Below are positions 30,510-42,630 of a DNA stretch of 64,000 bases, in pieces. A program made the position numbers and the translations under genes. Below the pieces are notes generated by a model. The model worked only from the letters and a program-made list of their open reading frames with translations, was not told where the DNA came from and searched no databases. Origin of the DNA: Octopus vulgaris (lineage: Eukaryota); contig OX597817.1 of assembly GCA_951406725.2 (NCBI GenBank), forward strand, positions 8,742,001 to 8,806,000, read 5' to 3'. The number at the start of each line of letters is the position of its first letter. Position 1 is the first letter of the stretch.

Positions 30510-33050
30510 ATGATAGAATTTAGAAGCGTTGTTATAGAGATGTTAACGATAAGTAACCTCGTGTGTGAGACCTCAGTGTCATATTAAACAACACTTGCGT
30601 TAAAAGTAATGGAATGTTGTGTTATGAGATTGTTATGAAGTCATTTATCAAAGAAATGTTTACATTAGAAATGTATCTTGTTATCACTCTATGTAATATT
30701 ATTTAAGCAACACATGTAACGTATCACAGTTGTTATGTCTGAAAATCTGAAAGTTTCTAGTTATAAGACGATCCAACAAATATCTGTAACAGTCACGTAT
30801 TGTAATTCGAAAGAAGAATATATATTAAAATACCAGATGTAATCACTTCGAATTACAGATATAATCATCGTAGCTTAATGATGTTGAAACTAGGAATGTA
30901 TGATAGCTCTTTAACAACAAGGTATTCATTCAAACGTACTTTAAGCAATAGCATAAACAAACTTAAGCCTGTTTCTATAAATATAATACTTCAAACCAAA
31001 TTAATCTTTGTTACATAGTGTGAATCATTTGAGTTGAAAGTAAATGACGATCACGTATTATATGTATATTATATACAACAAGAACAGAATCATTATAAAT
31101 AAAAGATTTGGTTGGTCGTCGGAGTCCATCTAGAATGCCTAGAATATAAGATCCTGGTTAGAACATATATATGATGCTGTTTTTATTTTAAAGGTATGAG
31201 TACGGAGCTATGGTGTAGCTTGGTTTTGGCTGCATTGTGCTATAGCTAACCTGGTCGATCCTTGCTTAAACGTAGCATACCTTCCACTACAGGAAACGCG
31301 CATGTTTAAGATGGCCGCTCTGCGCGGTCCACATTTCCACACACTCAACGTACAACGTGGGGAAAGCAGTTGCAGCAATTCTCTTCGCGCCGGCCTCGGA
31401 GACAAGTGAAATTGGTGAGACTGATGTCCATAACGTCACCAAGAAAACATATGGGAGAAGAGATTCAGGAAGGTTACCATTTGGGGAAGGAAGGATTGGA
31501 CAAAGAAGTTAGTAAGAGGCCTGTGAAAGAGACACATAATGGCTATATAGAAAGGAAAGGAGACAAGTGTGCCGAGTGAGTTTGAGTGGAGATGATACGG
31601 GAACTAGGTGACTCTGAGGATGAAAGGCCACTGTAGTTGAGATAGAAAAAGAAGTGAGAGGAGACAGCACATTTGTGGACCAGAGATTGGAGTATACTAG
31701 TGAGTGACTCTGTGCCAATCCGTTGGTTGGTGGAGGTGGAAGTGGTCTAGAATGTTAGTATGTGTAGCAGTAACCCTATCCTAGATTCGTGTTTCTAGAT
31801 GCGAATTTCACTAGAGCCTTGTAGTGAATCAGCAACGTTTAGAACTGAAGTGTTTTCCAGCCCTGAAGAGAAACACCTTCGGAGTTTAGTTTTAACAATT
31901 GTAAGTCCTAGCATTTGTAGCGACTGCGAAGGGTTTAGCTGCATGTTTTCGTGACTAGATTTGATGTTGTAGATAGTGGTTTCCATAATATGAACCTTAA
32001 TTGTCTTCGTGTATTTGCGTTGGTGAATGGGAGTGTTTTCGTATTCTCTATTTATAGAAATAGCGCAGGTTTAGAGTCAGATGTCTTGGTTACATGTGGG
32101 AGATACCTACATGAAAAATGCTAAGGAATGGATGTGATACCATCTGCATAAGAATGAGTGTTCTTAGAGATGACGGCGAGTAGATTAATGATATATAATA
32201 AGGCAATCTAGGGAATATAACTGAATGTTAGGAAACACCAGTGTTGCAATCAACTGATTTCATTATGATAGTAAATGTTATAAATTGAAAGAAGCGTGTG
32301 TTGTGATCACAGATGTAATAGATTTGAACAAGAAACAGGTGTTATTATCATCATATGTGTATTGTGTTAGAATACGTGAGAGATGTATTGATAATAGGTG
32401 TAAGACACTGATGCTTATTGTGATCGCAGATCTATTGTAATAAGTGAGTTGAAAGCAATCCATATTCTTCATTGTATATACAATGCGCTGGAACAATAAG
32501 CAAACGTTATTATGATCATTGATATAACGTGACAGAGGGAGAAAAAAATGTCCGTTATAGCCACGTAAGTAATGCGTTGGAAGCAACAAATGTTATGATC
32601 ACAGATGTATGAAGTTGAAAGAAACAGATGTATATTATTACATATGTAATGTGTTAGTACATAAAACGCCTGATATGATTATGCATTAGAATTAAGAGAC
32701 ATTATTATGACAGATGTTAGCAGAAACTAATATTACGATCATAGATAGATGCAATGAGTTGGAAGAATTGACATCATGCTATAAAATATAGTGTATTGAA
32801 ACCACAAATGATATGATTACAAACGTCATGTTCTGCTGCAGCCGATGTTCAAACGTGCAATATTTAAAAAAAAATATTAGATGCTAAATCACAGAAGCTA
32901 TTAACGACTAAGATGTGTTACGAGTTCAAGGATGTAATTAAACAATGGACGTTATTACTACAGGTCTAATCATATTTAGAAAAGTGTGTTCATAAATGTA
33001 TTGGTGATTGTATCAACAACTGATGTGATGGTGATAATGAAGCAATACAC
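30510..33050. repeat. Ancient degenerate minisatellite (about 40-bp unit), interrupted at about 31100-32200
   Basis: Recurring TTATGATCACAGATGTAAT / GAGTTGAAAG-like words. Confidence 0.5.
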
Positions 33051-33163
33051 TAAAGTAGTGTCTATAACTCATTATTTGATTCTGTATTAGATAGCGAGGT
33101 GACAAAATAGTTAACACGTCGGACAAAATGATCAGTGACATTTCTTCCGACTTTTTGACTTCT

Positions 33164-33781
33164 GGAATATTTTCCGTTTGACCGGCAGATTTTTAAAATA
33201 ATTTTTTGTAACTAAACACTTTTAAACTTCGTATACTGGTAGAACGTGTCACATAATACATCTTTTTCTCTTGGCGTTCTTGAGAAAATGTGACACATTC
33301 TACCAGTATACGAGGTTTAAAAGTGTTTACTCTTTACTCTTTTACTCTTTTACTTGTTTCAGTCATTTTACTGTGGCCATGCTGGAGCACCACCTTTTAG
33401 TCGAGCAAATCGACCCCGGGACTTATTCTTTGTAAGCCCAGTACTTATTCTATCGGTCTCTTTTGCCGAAACGCTAACCCAGCATCGGTTGTCAAGCAAT
33501 GCTAGTGGAACAAACACAGACACACAAACACACACACACATACATACATATATATATATATACATATATACGACAGGCTTCTTTCGGTTTCCGTCTACCA
33601 AATCCACTCACAAGGCATTGGTCGGCCCGGGGCTATAGCAGAAGACACTTGCCCAAGATGCCACGCAGTGGGACTGAACCCGGAACCATGTGGTTGGTTA
33701 GCAAGCTACTTACCACACAGCCACTCCTGTTTAGTTACAAAAAATTATTTTTTAAATTTGCCGGTCAAAGTGAAAAGATCC
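33164..33781. mobile_element. Palindromic MITE (GG...CC ends) interrupted by SINE-B
   Basis: TTTGACCGGCAGATT... / ...AATTTGCCGGTCAAA inverted arms; candidate TSD GACTTCT/GAGTTCT; same family as 55020-55212. Confidence 0.8.
33330..33727 (-). mobile_element. SINE-B inserted in the MITE
   Basis: Reverse family consensus; TGTTTA direct repeats at 33324-33329 and 33728-33733. Confidence 0.9.
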
Positions 33782-34328
33782 GAGTTCTGAGTTCAAACTG
33801 TATCGAAGTTAACTATACACCACCACGCCCCACTCCATTTAGAGTCGATAGAATAAAGCACTAGTCAAGTACTGAGGCGGATGAATCGACTTACCCCTCC
33901 CCTCAAAATTACTGGTCCCGAATCGAGATTCGGAAGAACTATTGGATTCTGTCAATTTGAAAAACCGAGAGTTGGATATTATATTCATTCGGAAATTGCG
34001 TTTACGAAAACATTTAAAACATGAATTTGCCATCGCAGCAGTATTTGATGGTGTCTAGCGAATTAAGACCTTAATCCGATTCCGATGTTCGACTTATGCC
34101 GTTCCACTCAGCTGAATATCTCTGTAAATAAGTTGCAAGCTTGCAGTAAAGCTGTTGTTGTAGAGTACGATAAGAAACTAAAACAAAAGGACAAATCTAA
34201 GAAAACGCAACCACAAAAAATACCACCACCACCACAACAACAACAATTAGAACAAGAAAACACACAATTGTGAACTTTCTTTAATTCCTATCCTTCAGAA
34301 TGATGATATTATAGGAATGACAAGACTG

Positions 34329-35265
34329 CGAGATGGCAGAAACGTTAGCACACCGGGCGAAATGCTTAGCGATATTTCGTCTGCCGTTACGTTCTGAGTT
34401 CAAATTCCGCCGAGGTCGACTTTGGCTTTCATCTTTTCGGGGTCGATTAAACAAGTACCAGTTACGCACTGGGGTCGATATAATCGACTTAATCCGTTTG
34501 TCTGTCTTTGTTTGTCCCCTCTGTGTGTAGCCCCTTGTGGGTAGTAAAGAAATAGATATTTCACCCGTTGGTATGTTCTGAGTTCAAATTCCGCTGAGGA
34601 CTTTGCCTTTCATCTTTTCGGGGTCGATTAAACAAATACCAGTTACGAACTGGGGTCGATATAATCGACTTAATCCGTTTGTCTGTCCTTGTTTGTCCCC
34701 TCTGTGTTTAGCCTCTTATGGGTAGTAAAGAAATAGATATTTCACCCGTTGGTATGTTCTGAGTTCAAATTCCGCTGAGGACTTTGCCTTTCATCTTTTC
34801 TGGGTCGATTAAATAAGTACCAGTTACGCACTTGGGTCGATATAATCGACTTAATCCGTTTGTCTGTCCTTGTTTGTCCTCGCTGTGTGTAGCCCCTTGT
34901 GGGTAGTAAAGAAATAGATATTTCACCCGTTGGTATGTTCTGAGTTCAAATTCCGCTGAGGACTTTGTCTTTCATCTTTTCGGGGTCGATTAAACAAGTA
35001 CCAGTTACGCACTGGGGTCGATATAATCGACTTAATCTGTTTGTCTGTCCTTGTTTGTCCTTTCTGTGTTTAGCCCCTTGTGGGTAGTAAAGAAATAGGT
35101 ATTTCGTTTGTCTTTATGTTCTGAGCTCAAATTCCACCGAGGTCGACTTTGCCATTCATCCTTTCGGGGTGGATAAATTAAGTGCCAGTTGCGTACTGGG
35201 GTTGATCTAATCGATTGGCCCCTCCCCCAAAATTTCGGGCCTTGTGTCTAGAGTAGGAAAGGATA
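34329..35265 (+). mobile_element. SINE-A tandem multimer: one head plus five about 180-bp bodies
   Basis: AAAGAAATAG(A/G)TATTTC junction recurs at about 34547, 34727, 34909 and 35088; the last unit has the short CCCTCCCCCAAAATTTCGGGCC tail. Confidence 0.9.
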
Positions 35266-35275
35266 TTATAGATTC

Positions 35276-35376
35276 CTTCGGCTATACATATTCTAAAATT
35301 GGAACGATACGGAGAAGATAAGCATGGCCCCTGCGCAAGGATGATATGCAAATTCGTGAAGCGTTCCATATTTTTT
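35276..35376 (+). pseudogene. U6: Near-full-length U6 snRNA retrocopy fused to SINE-B
   Basis: CTTCGGC...CTAAAATTGGAACGATACGGAGAAGATAAGCATGGCCCCTGCGCAAGGATGATATGCAAATTCGTGAAGCGTTCCATATTTTTT; ACAGAGA box mutated to ACGGAGA; upstream is a SINE tail, not a type-3 Pol III promoter. Confidence 0.95.
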
Positions 35377-35377
35377 A

Positions 35378-35770
35378 TAGGCGCAGGAGTGGCTATATGG
35401 TAAGTAGTTTGCTTACCAACCACATGGTTCCGGGTTCATTCCCACTGCGTGGCACCTTGGACAAGTGTCTTCTACTAAAGACTCGGGCCGACCAAAGACT
35501 TGTGAGTGGATTTGGTAAACGGAAACTGAAAGAAACCCGTCGTATATATGTATATTTGTGTATATGTTTGTGTCTTTGTGTTTGTCCCCCCACCCCAACA
35601 TCGCTTGACAACCGATGTTGGTGTGTTTGTATCCCCGTAACTTAGCGGTTCGGCAAAAGAGACCGATAGAATAAGTACTAGGCTTACAAAAAAAAAAATA
35701 AGTCCGGTGCTCTAGCATGACCACAGCCAAATGACTGAAGCAAGTAAAAGAGAGAGAGAGAGTAAAGAGA
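35378..35770 (+). mobile_element. SINE-B, full length, directly after U6
   Basis: TAGGCGCAGGAGTGGCT head through GACTGAAGCAAGTAAAAG tail. Confidence 0.9.
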
Positions 35771-36095
35771 ATGACAGTCGGGTTGAATGAAGGAGTATTG
35801 CTCTATGATGGTTTCTGAACTATTTCTTGTTTACGAGCTTATGACGTAGAGAGAGAGAAGCTGGATTCTTTGTAACAGCCATCTTACTCTACTGATATTC
35901 ATTTCCATATCAATTACTTCTGCATCAACTGCAGCTATTATTACATCCATCTTATATCCTGCTATCGAAGTTGCATTCGAAGTGGGTTTTTTTTTTTTTT
36001 TTTCATTTTACATTTCTTTCATTTTTAGGTCACGCAGAAAGAAGCATTATCTATGTGTATACAGTAGGGAATTCTCCAATCCAACCGTTGCATCA

Positions 36096-36096
<1 letters not shown>

Positions 36097-36167
<71 letters not shown>

Positions 36168-36207
36168 ACTACTGCTACTACTACTACTACTATTACTACT
36201 ACTACTG

Positions 36208-36240
<33 letters not shown>

Positions 36241-36241
36241 T

Positions 36242-36274
<33 letters not shown>

Positions 36275-36291
36275 AACAACAACTACTACTT

Positions 36292-36344
<53 letters not shown>

Positions 36345-36348
36345 ACTA

Positions 36349-36379
<31 letters not shown>

Positions 36380-36380
36380 G
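36097..36380. repeat. (ACT)n/(GCT)n microsatellite
   Basis: Direct reading. Confidence 0.95.
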
Positions 36381-36574
36381 ATTGAACTACATATCTAGTT
36401 GATTCATTCGTGATGGTTTTGAGTCACCAGTTGCTACCATTATTTATTAGTATATGAGTCAGTCACCAATGGGGAAAAGAAATAGAAAATATCGGACTCT
36501 AAATCAAAAGAAGATTGTCATCCATAACATCAGTAGCTTCATTAATAACAACAGCAACAACGAAAAAAACAACA

Positions 36575-37450
<876 letters not shown>

Positions 37451-37844
37451 CAGCATTGCTGCTGCTGCTGCTGGGCAATATTAATGTGATAAGAGGATGC
37501 CATGAATACCTTGAATGTAAGAACAATTGTAATAGCAATCAATAACACCCATAGCCATAACAACAGCAGCAACAATAACTGCAAAAAAAAAAAACAACGG
37601 CAGCCTCAGTATTGAAATGGGAAGCAGCATCAATTAACATTAGCGTCTTAATTGGGCTAATGAAGAAACTTCGATGAGGCGTTTCAATTTGTTAGAAATT
37701 CCAGCCAGATGCCTGCAATTTCTTGTACCTTATCGCCTTAAAAATGGAAGGCTGTATTGAGGCTATGTAGTTGTCAATGTAGAAAGCGGTAGTATGACCA
37801 CAGCTGAGTAGTTTTTGATTGCTCGATCGGAGCCGACCTGATGC

Positions 37845-38310
37845 TAAACAACAACAACAACAGCAGCACCAGCAGGAGCAGCAGCCGTTCAAGAGTTTGG
37901 ACCTGGAGATCTCCATTTCCAGCGACTTCGAGAGCCACCTCCCAGTGGTGTCGGACGTCAACGAAGAACCCTCGACTACAAGACGACCAAAGATTTTTTT
38001 TCCCCAAGATCTGGGGTCTCCCGCCCCTAAGCCTTAGACCATCACCTAATCATCCTTACCCGTCTTGTTGCTTAGCAACAACAACAACAGCAGCAGCAGC
38101 AGTCGTCCAAGAATTTGGACCTGGAGATCTCCATTTCCAGCGACTTCGAGGGCCACCACCCAGTGGTGTCGGGCGTCAACGAAGAACCCTCGACTACAAC
38201 AAGACGATCAAAGTTTTTTTTTCCCAAGGTCTGGGGTCTCCCGCCCCTAAGCCTTAGACCATCACCAAATCATCCTTACTCGTCTTGTTGTTTAACAACA
38301 ACAACAGCAA
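37845..38310. repeat. Tandem duplication of an about 220-bp GC-balanced unit bounded by (CAA)/(CAG) runs
   Basis: TTTGGACCTGGAGATCTCCATTTCCAGCGACTTCGAG at about 37896 and 38114; CCTAAGCCTTAGACCATCACC offset by 220. Confidence 0.9.
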
Positions 38311-38313
38311 CCA

Positions 38314-38427
38314 CAGACAAACGGATTAAGTCGATTATATCGACCCCAGTGCGTAACTGGTACTTGTTTAATCGACCCCGAAAAGATGAAAGGCACAGTC
38401 GACCTCGGCGGAATTTGAACTCAGAAT
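38314..38427 (-). mobile_element. SINE-A fragment
   Basis: Reverse of central domain and B box. Confidence 0.85.
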
Positions 38428-38479
38428 GACAGGATACAATTTCAACACACATGCATGTATAAGCACACAGATGCACAGA

Positions 38480-38720
38480 TGTGTGTGTGTCTGTGTGTTT
38501 GTGTATGTGTGGTGTATGTGTCCTTGTGTTTGTCCCTCACCGCTTGTCAACTGGTGAAGGTTTGCTCATGTCCCCATAACATAGTGGTTCAGCAAAAGAG
38601 ACCGATAGAATAAGTACCAGACTCCAAATATAAGTCCCGGGGTGTTTCATTCGATTAAACCCTTTAAGTGGGTGTCCAAGCATGACTGCAGCCCAATGAC
38701 TGAATCAAGTAAAAGATAAA
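38480..38720 (+). mobile_element. SINE-B 3' half
   Basis: GCAAAAGAGACCGATAGAATAAGTACC...GACTGAATCAAGTAAAAGAT. Confidence 0.8.
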
Positions 38721-38976
38721 TATTTATACACATACATACATACATACATACATACATACAAAATTGTGTGTGTGTATGTGTGTGAGTGCATTGCATCTTT
38801 TATTAGAAACTGCATTGCACCTTATAGTAGTGAGATCATGAAATTCATAAGATATTTGTTTATTCCTTCGTCAACCCGACTCCTTAACACCGCTATGTAC
38901 TCGACAGACATTTCGTTTTGAAGCATACGTATATTGATTTCTAAGACCACGTTATTAATATCCCAATGCGAAATAT

Positions 38977-39022
<46 letters not shown>

Positions 39023-39028
<6 letters not shown>

Positions 39029-39165
39029 TAGATTATTTACATATGACGGATATTTGTCCTCCTCTTGTTTGATTTTAACAACAAACAAGATGAGGACAAA
39101 TATCCGTCAAATGTAAATAACGTAAATAATGTACATAGTTCCTCATCTCTCAAATATAGAACCAT
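39023..39165. mobile_element. Fold-back repeat terminus in (TA)n: 108-bp imperfect palindrome plus short unique tail, probably PLE-derived
   Basis: TGACGGATATTTGTCCTC...GAGGACAAATATCCGTCA inverted arms centred at 39076/39077. Confidence 0.65.
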
Positions 39166-39299
39166 CAATATATATATATACATACATATATACTAATATT
39201 TCGCTTACAGCAATGTAGCAACACGTGTGCTGTTGATGATTTCTTTTTCTTCTTTATACTTTTCCTTTTCTCCTTTCACCGAGAACCAAGCTAATACAT

Positions 39300-39834
39300 C
39301 TGAGAGGAGACAGTAAACGTTTCATATTCTCTGCGAGTCAATATTGATTTAGTCTTTCTGTTCATTATTCATGTCAGATGATTTATGATATGATATTCCT
39401 CAGCCAAACATAAATTGCAATGTTTTGAACATTTGCTGAAAATAGTGGCTTTGTCTAAGAGAAACCATGCAATGTTAATAGTCTTGTATTTGTCTTTCTT
39501 ATGTGAGATGCACTTTCAAAAATCTTTGCAAGTGGGTATTGAACGCTTTGGTATTTTACACAAAAAATAGCAACATGCTGATCACAAAGCATTCACAGAA
39601 TTACAATTGCCACTATCCAACAACAGCAGTATATGTATATGCAAAGATTTTGAAAGTGCATCTCACATAAAAAAGATATATACAAGTTTTGGTTTCTCTT
39701 AGACGAAGCCACTCTTTTCAGCAAATGTTCAAATCATTGCAATTTATGTTTAGCTGAGGAATATCATATCATAAATCACGACTAAAGTAATATTGGCTCG
39801 GTGAAAATATGAAACGTTCACTGTCTCCTCTCAG
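39300..39834. mobile_element. Foldback/MITE with about 200-bp imperfect inverted repeats
   Basis: CTGAGAGGAGACAGTAAACGTTTCATATT... versus ...AATATGAAACGTTCACTGTCTCCTCTCAG; spacer about 39531-39639. Confidence 0.85.
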
Positions 39835-40034
39835 GACAACAGACAATTTAACAGTGGGGATTAAACAATACGTGGAAGTCCTTCATTTCGTTTTTGATTA
39901 GCACGCTGAGGAAAATCATGTCCGAATTCCAGGAAACTAGCAGCAAGCCGTGGTATGGAAATAATTACAGGCAGTAAATATGTGTATTTATGCACCTATA
40001 AATGCATATATCCATACATACATACATACATACA

Positions 40035-40065
<31 letters not shown>

Positions 40066-40084
40066 GTATATATATATATATATT

Positions 40085-40429
40085 TAAGTAGACAAAAGAA
40101 TTATCTTATTACGGATAATTCGAAAAATAACCGATACCTGGGTAGCAAACTCACAACAGAAAAAGCACGGTTGAAGTTACGACCATAGGGCATAAAATCC
40201 GTGCCTTAGTGCGGAAATTTGAAGTTTAATTTAATATATTAAGTATAGGAAAGAATGGAGCTGAACGAAGATTTAACAAAGTTCCTTTATTTTATTTTCG
40301 ACATATGTTTCGAAGTCTGCAAAATCCCTAATTCCGAATGAATTAGGGATTTTGCAGACTTCGAAACATATGTCGAAAATAAAATAAAGGAATTTTGTTA
40401 AATCTTCGTTCAGCTCCATTCTTTCCTAT

Positions 40430-40433
<4 letters not shown>
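40085..40433 (-). mobile_element. PLE-like terminus with 94-bp-arm hairpin (40241-40433)
   Basis: Arms 40241-40334 and 40340-40433 differ at one position; contains CGAAACATATGTC; unique flank homologous to 49303-49448; in (TA)n. Confidence 0.75.
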
Positions 40434-40485
<52 letters not shown>

Positions 40486-40629
40486 TATACATGTATGTAT
40501 GTATGCGCGTGTATGTATGCATGACTGTATATATGCACACGTACCTTGACGTGTTGCACCATTGTAGCATATTAAAGATTATCCTTAAGCTTCCTCCTGT
40601 CAACTAACCAATGTCACAGGTTTCAATAG

Positions 40630-40673
<44 letters not shown>

Positions 40674-41192
40674 TCTCTCTCTCTCTCTCTCCCTTTTCTC
40701 TCTTTCTTTCTCTATTCTATTTTACATTTAATAATGAAGTTAATCCTTTACTTGTCCAAAGCATTTTCATAAGTATGCCCTAAACCGCCATGCGTATTTT
40801 CCAACTTGTAGTTAGCCCTCGTTTCATATATTCTGAGTAATATAAGCTTCTTTTCATAAGTCCCAGGTTTCTCTGGTTGTTGAAAAATGTTGACAGTATG
40901 TATCATATACGATGCATAGATGTCAGGGAAACGTATCCCGTGTATACATACTAATACACAGGAAAAGCAATGGGTTAACTGCCATCTCTTTCTAAATGTA
41001 ATCTTAAGCTTATGACTCCACGCATCACACTGCATTCTGCTTTCATATTCACAGATTTTCGTTTTTTAAATGCAATCTTAATACATACAGAACGTCACAC
41101 TTCCTTTATACTAACCTCGAAAGCATCCTGAGCGAAAAATACGAAAAAAATGTGTCTCATTTAACAACACCGAAAACACATATATACTATGC

Positions 41193-41411
41193 CAGTGGTT
41201 TTCAACCAGGGTTCCGCGGAACCTTAGGGTTCCACCAGTACAGTCCTGGGGTTCCGCAAGAAGTTACAAAACTGCTAAAATCGGCAGTAATTTTTAAGTC
41301 TCCTATGCAGATATGTGTGCATAAGACAATTAAATTATTGCACAGGGGTTCCTCGAGCCAGTGGAATGTTTCCTTGGGGTTCCGCTCCAGCAAAAAGTTT
41401 GAAAAGCACTG
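41193..41411. mobile_element. hAT-family MITE
   Basis: TIRs CAGTGGTTTTCAAC / GTTTGAAAAGCACTG with perfect 8-bp TSD TACTATGC (41185-41192, 41412-41419). Confidence 0.95.
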
Positions 41412-41799
41412 TACTATGCAATAAAATGTACAGTTGTCACTCACTGTTCTGCAAAATATTAATCTTATTACCCATTGCATTCTATATTTAATTAATTTTG
41501 TCTGAACTAAACATTTGGATAATAATTGTTCTCGTCACTAATTGAAACTAATTAATTAAAATGGCTTCATCAAATATGTTAACATCCACTTTACTATTAG
41601 CTGTATGCTATAATAAGCATGAACTTGCAGACAGCTAATTAAACATCACCTTAAAAAGTGATCCACTCTATTATATTCAATTACATCTAATGGAATCCAA
41701 GAGGTAAACTTAAGATTAGAAATAACAGCCAAACCTATCGTAGAGAGTATACTACTGCCATGAAAAATAATAAATAAATAAATAATAATAATAATAATA

Positions 41800-42005
41800 T
41801 TAATCCTTTCTAACATAGGCACAAGGCCTGAAATTTGGCGGGAGGAGAATAGTCGATTACATCGACCAAAGTACTCAACTGGCACTTATTTTATCGACCC
41901 CAAGAGGATGAAAGCAAAGTTGACCCCGGCAACATTTGAACTCCCGACTTGCTAACGATTCTGCCAGTTCACTGAATTAACAACAACAACAACAACAACA
42001 ACAAC

Positions 42006-42047
<42 letters not shown>

Positions 42048-42630
42048 TATTTCTTCTGGAAGCACAAGGTCTCAGTAATTAACTGGTACTTATTTAATCG
42101 ACCCCGAAAAGATGAAAGGCAAATTGATCTCGGCGGAATTCGAACTCAAAACGTAGAGGCATACGAAATACTTATTTCTTTACTACCCACAAGGCGATAA
42201 ACACAGAGAGGACAAACAAGGACAGACACACGGATTAAGTCGATTACATCGACCCCATTGCGTAACTGGTACTTATTCAATCGACCCCGAAAGGATGAAA
42301 GGCAAAGTCGACCTCGGTGGAATTTGAACTCAGAACATAGAGGCAGACGAAATACGGCTACGCATTTCGCCCGGCGTGCTAACGTTTCTGCCAGCTCACC
42401 TAATTAATAATAATAATAATCTTTTCTACTCTAAGCACAAGGCCCTAAATTTTGGGGGAGGGGCCAATCGATTAGATCAATCCCAGTACGCAGCTGGTAC
42501 TTAATTTATCGTCCCCGAAAGGATGAAAGGTAACGTCGAACTCGGCGGAATTTGAACCCAGAACATAAAGACAGACGAAATACAGATAATCATTTTGCCC
42601 GGCGTGCTAACGATTCTGCCAGCTCGCCAA
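41800..42630 (-). mobile_element. Train of SINE-A copies (about 41800-41975, 42050-42400 dimer, 42420-42630)
   Basis: Reverse consensus repeated, separated by (AAT)n tails. Confidence 0.85.

Larger units (their letters stand above)
33091..33920 (+). mobile_element. Old SINE-A split by a MITE insertion
   Basis: Head at 33091-33163; B box and body resume at 33782. Confidence 0.7.

Noticed and set aside
34329-35265. CRISPR-like or retrozyme array
   Set aside because: Units are whole SINE bodies with no unique spacers, and I find no CUGANGA/GAAA hammerhead arrangement on either strand.
35276-35376. Functional U6 gene
   Set aside because: ACAGAGA box and other positions mutated, 5' nucleotides missing, and the upstream sequence is a SINE tail without a promoter.
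37819-38429. PolyQ-containing protein exon
   Set aside because: The two tandem copies differ by frameshifting indels in T runs; no recognisable domain.
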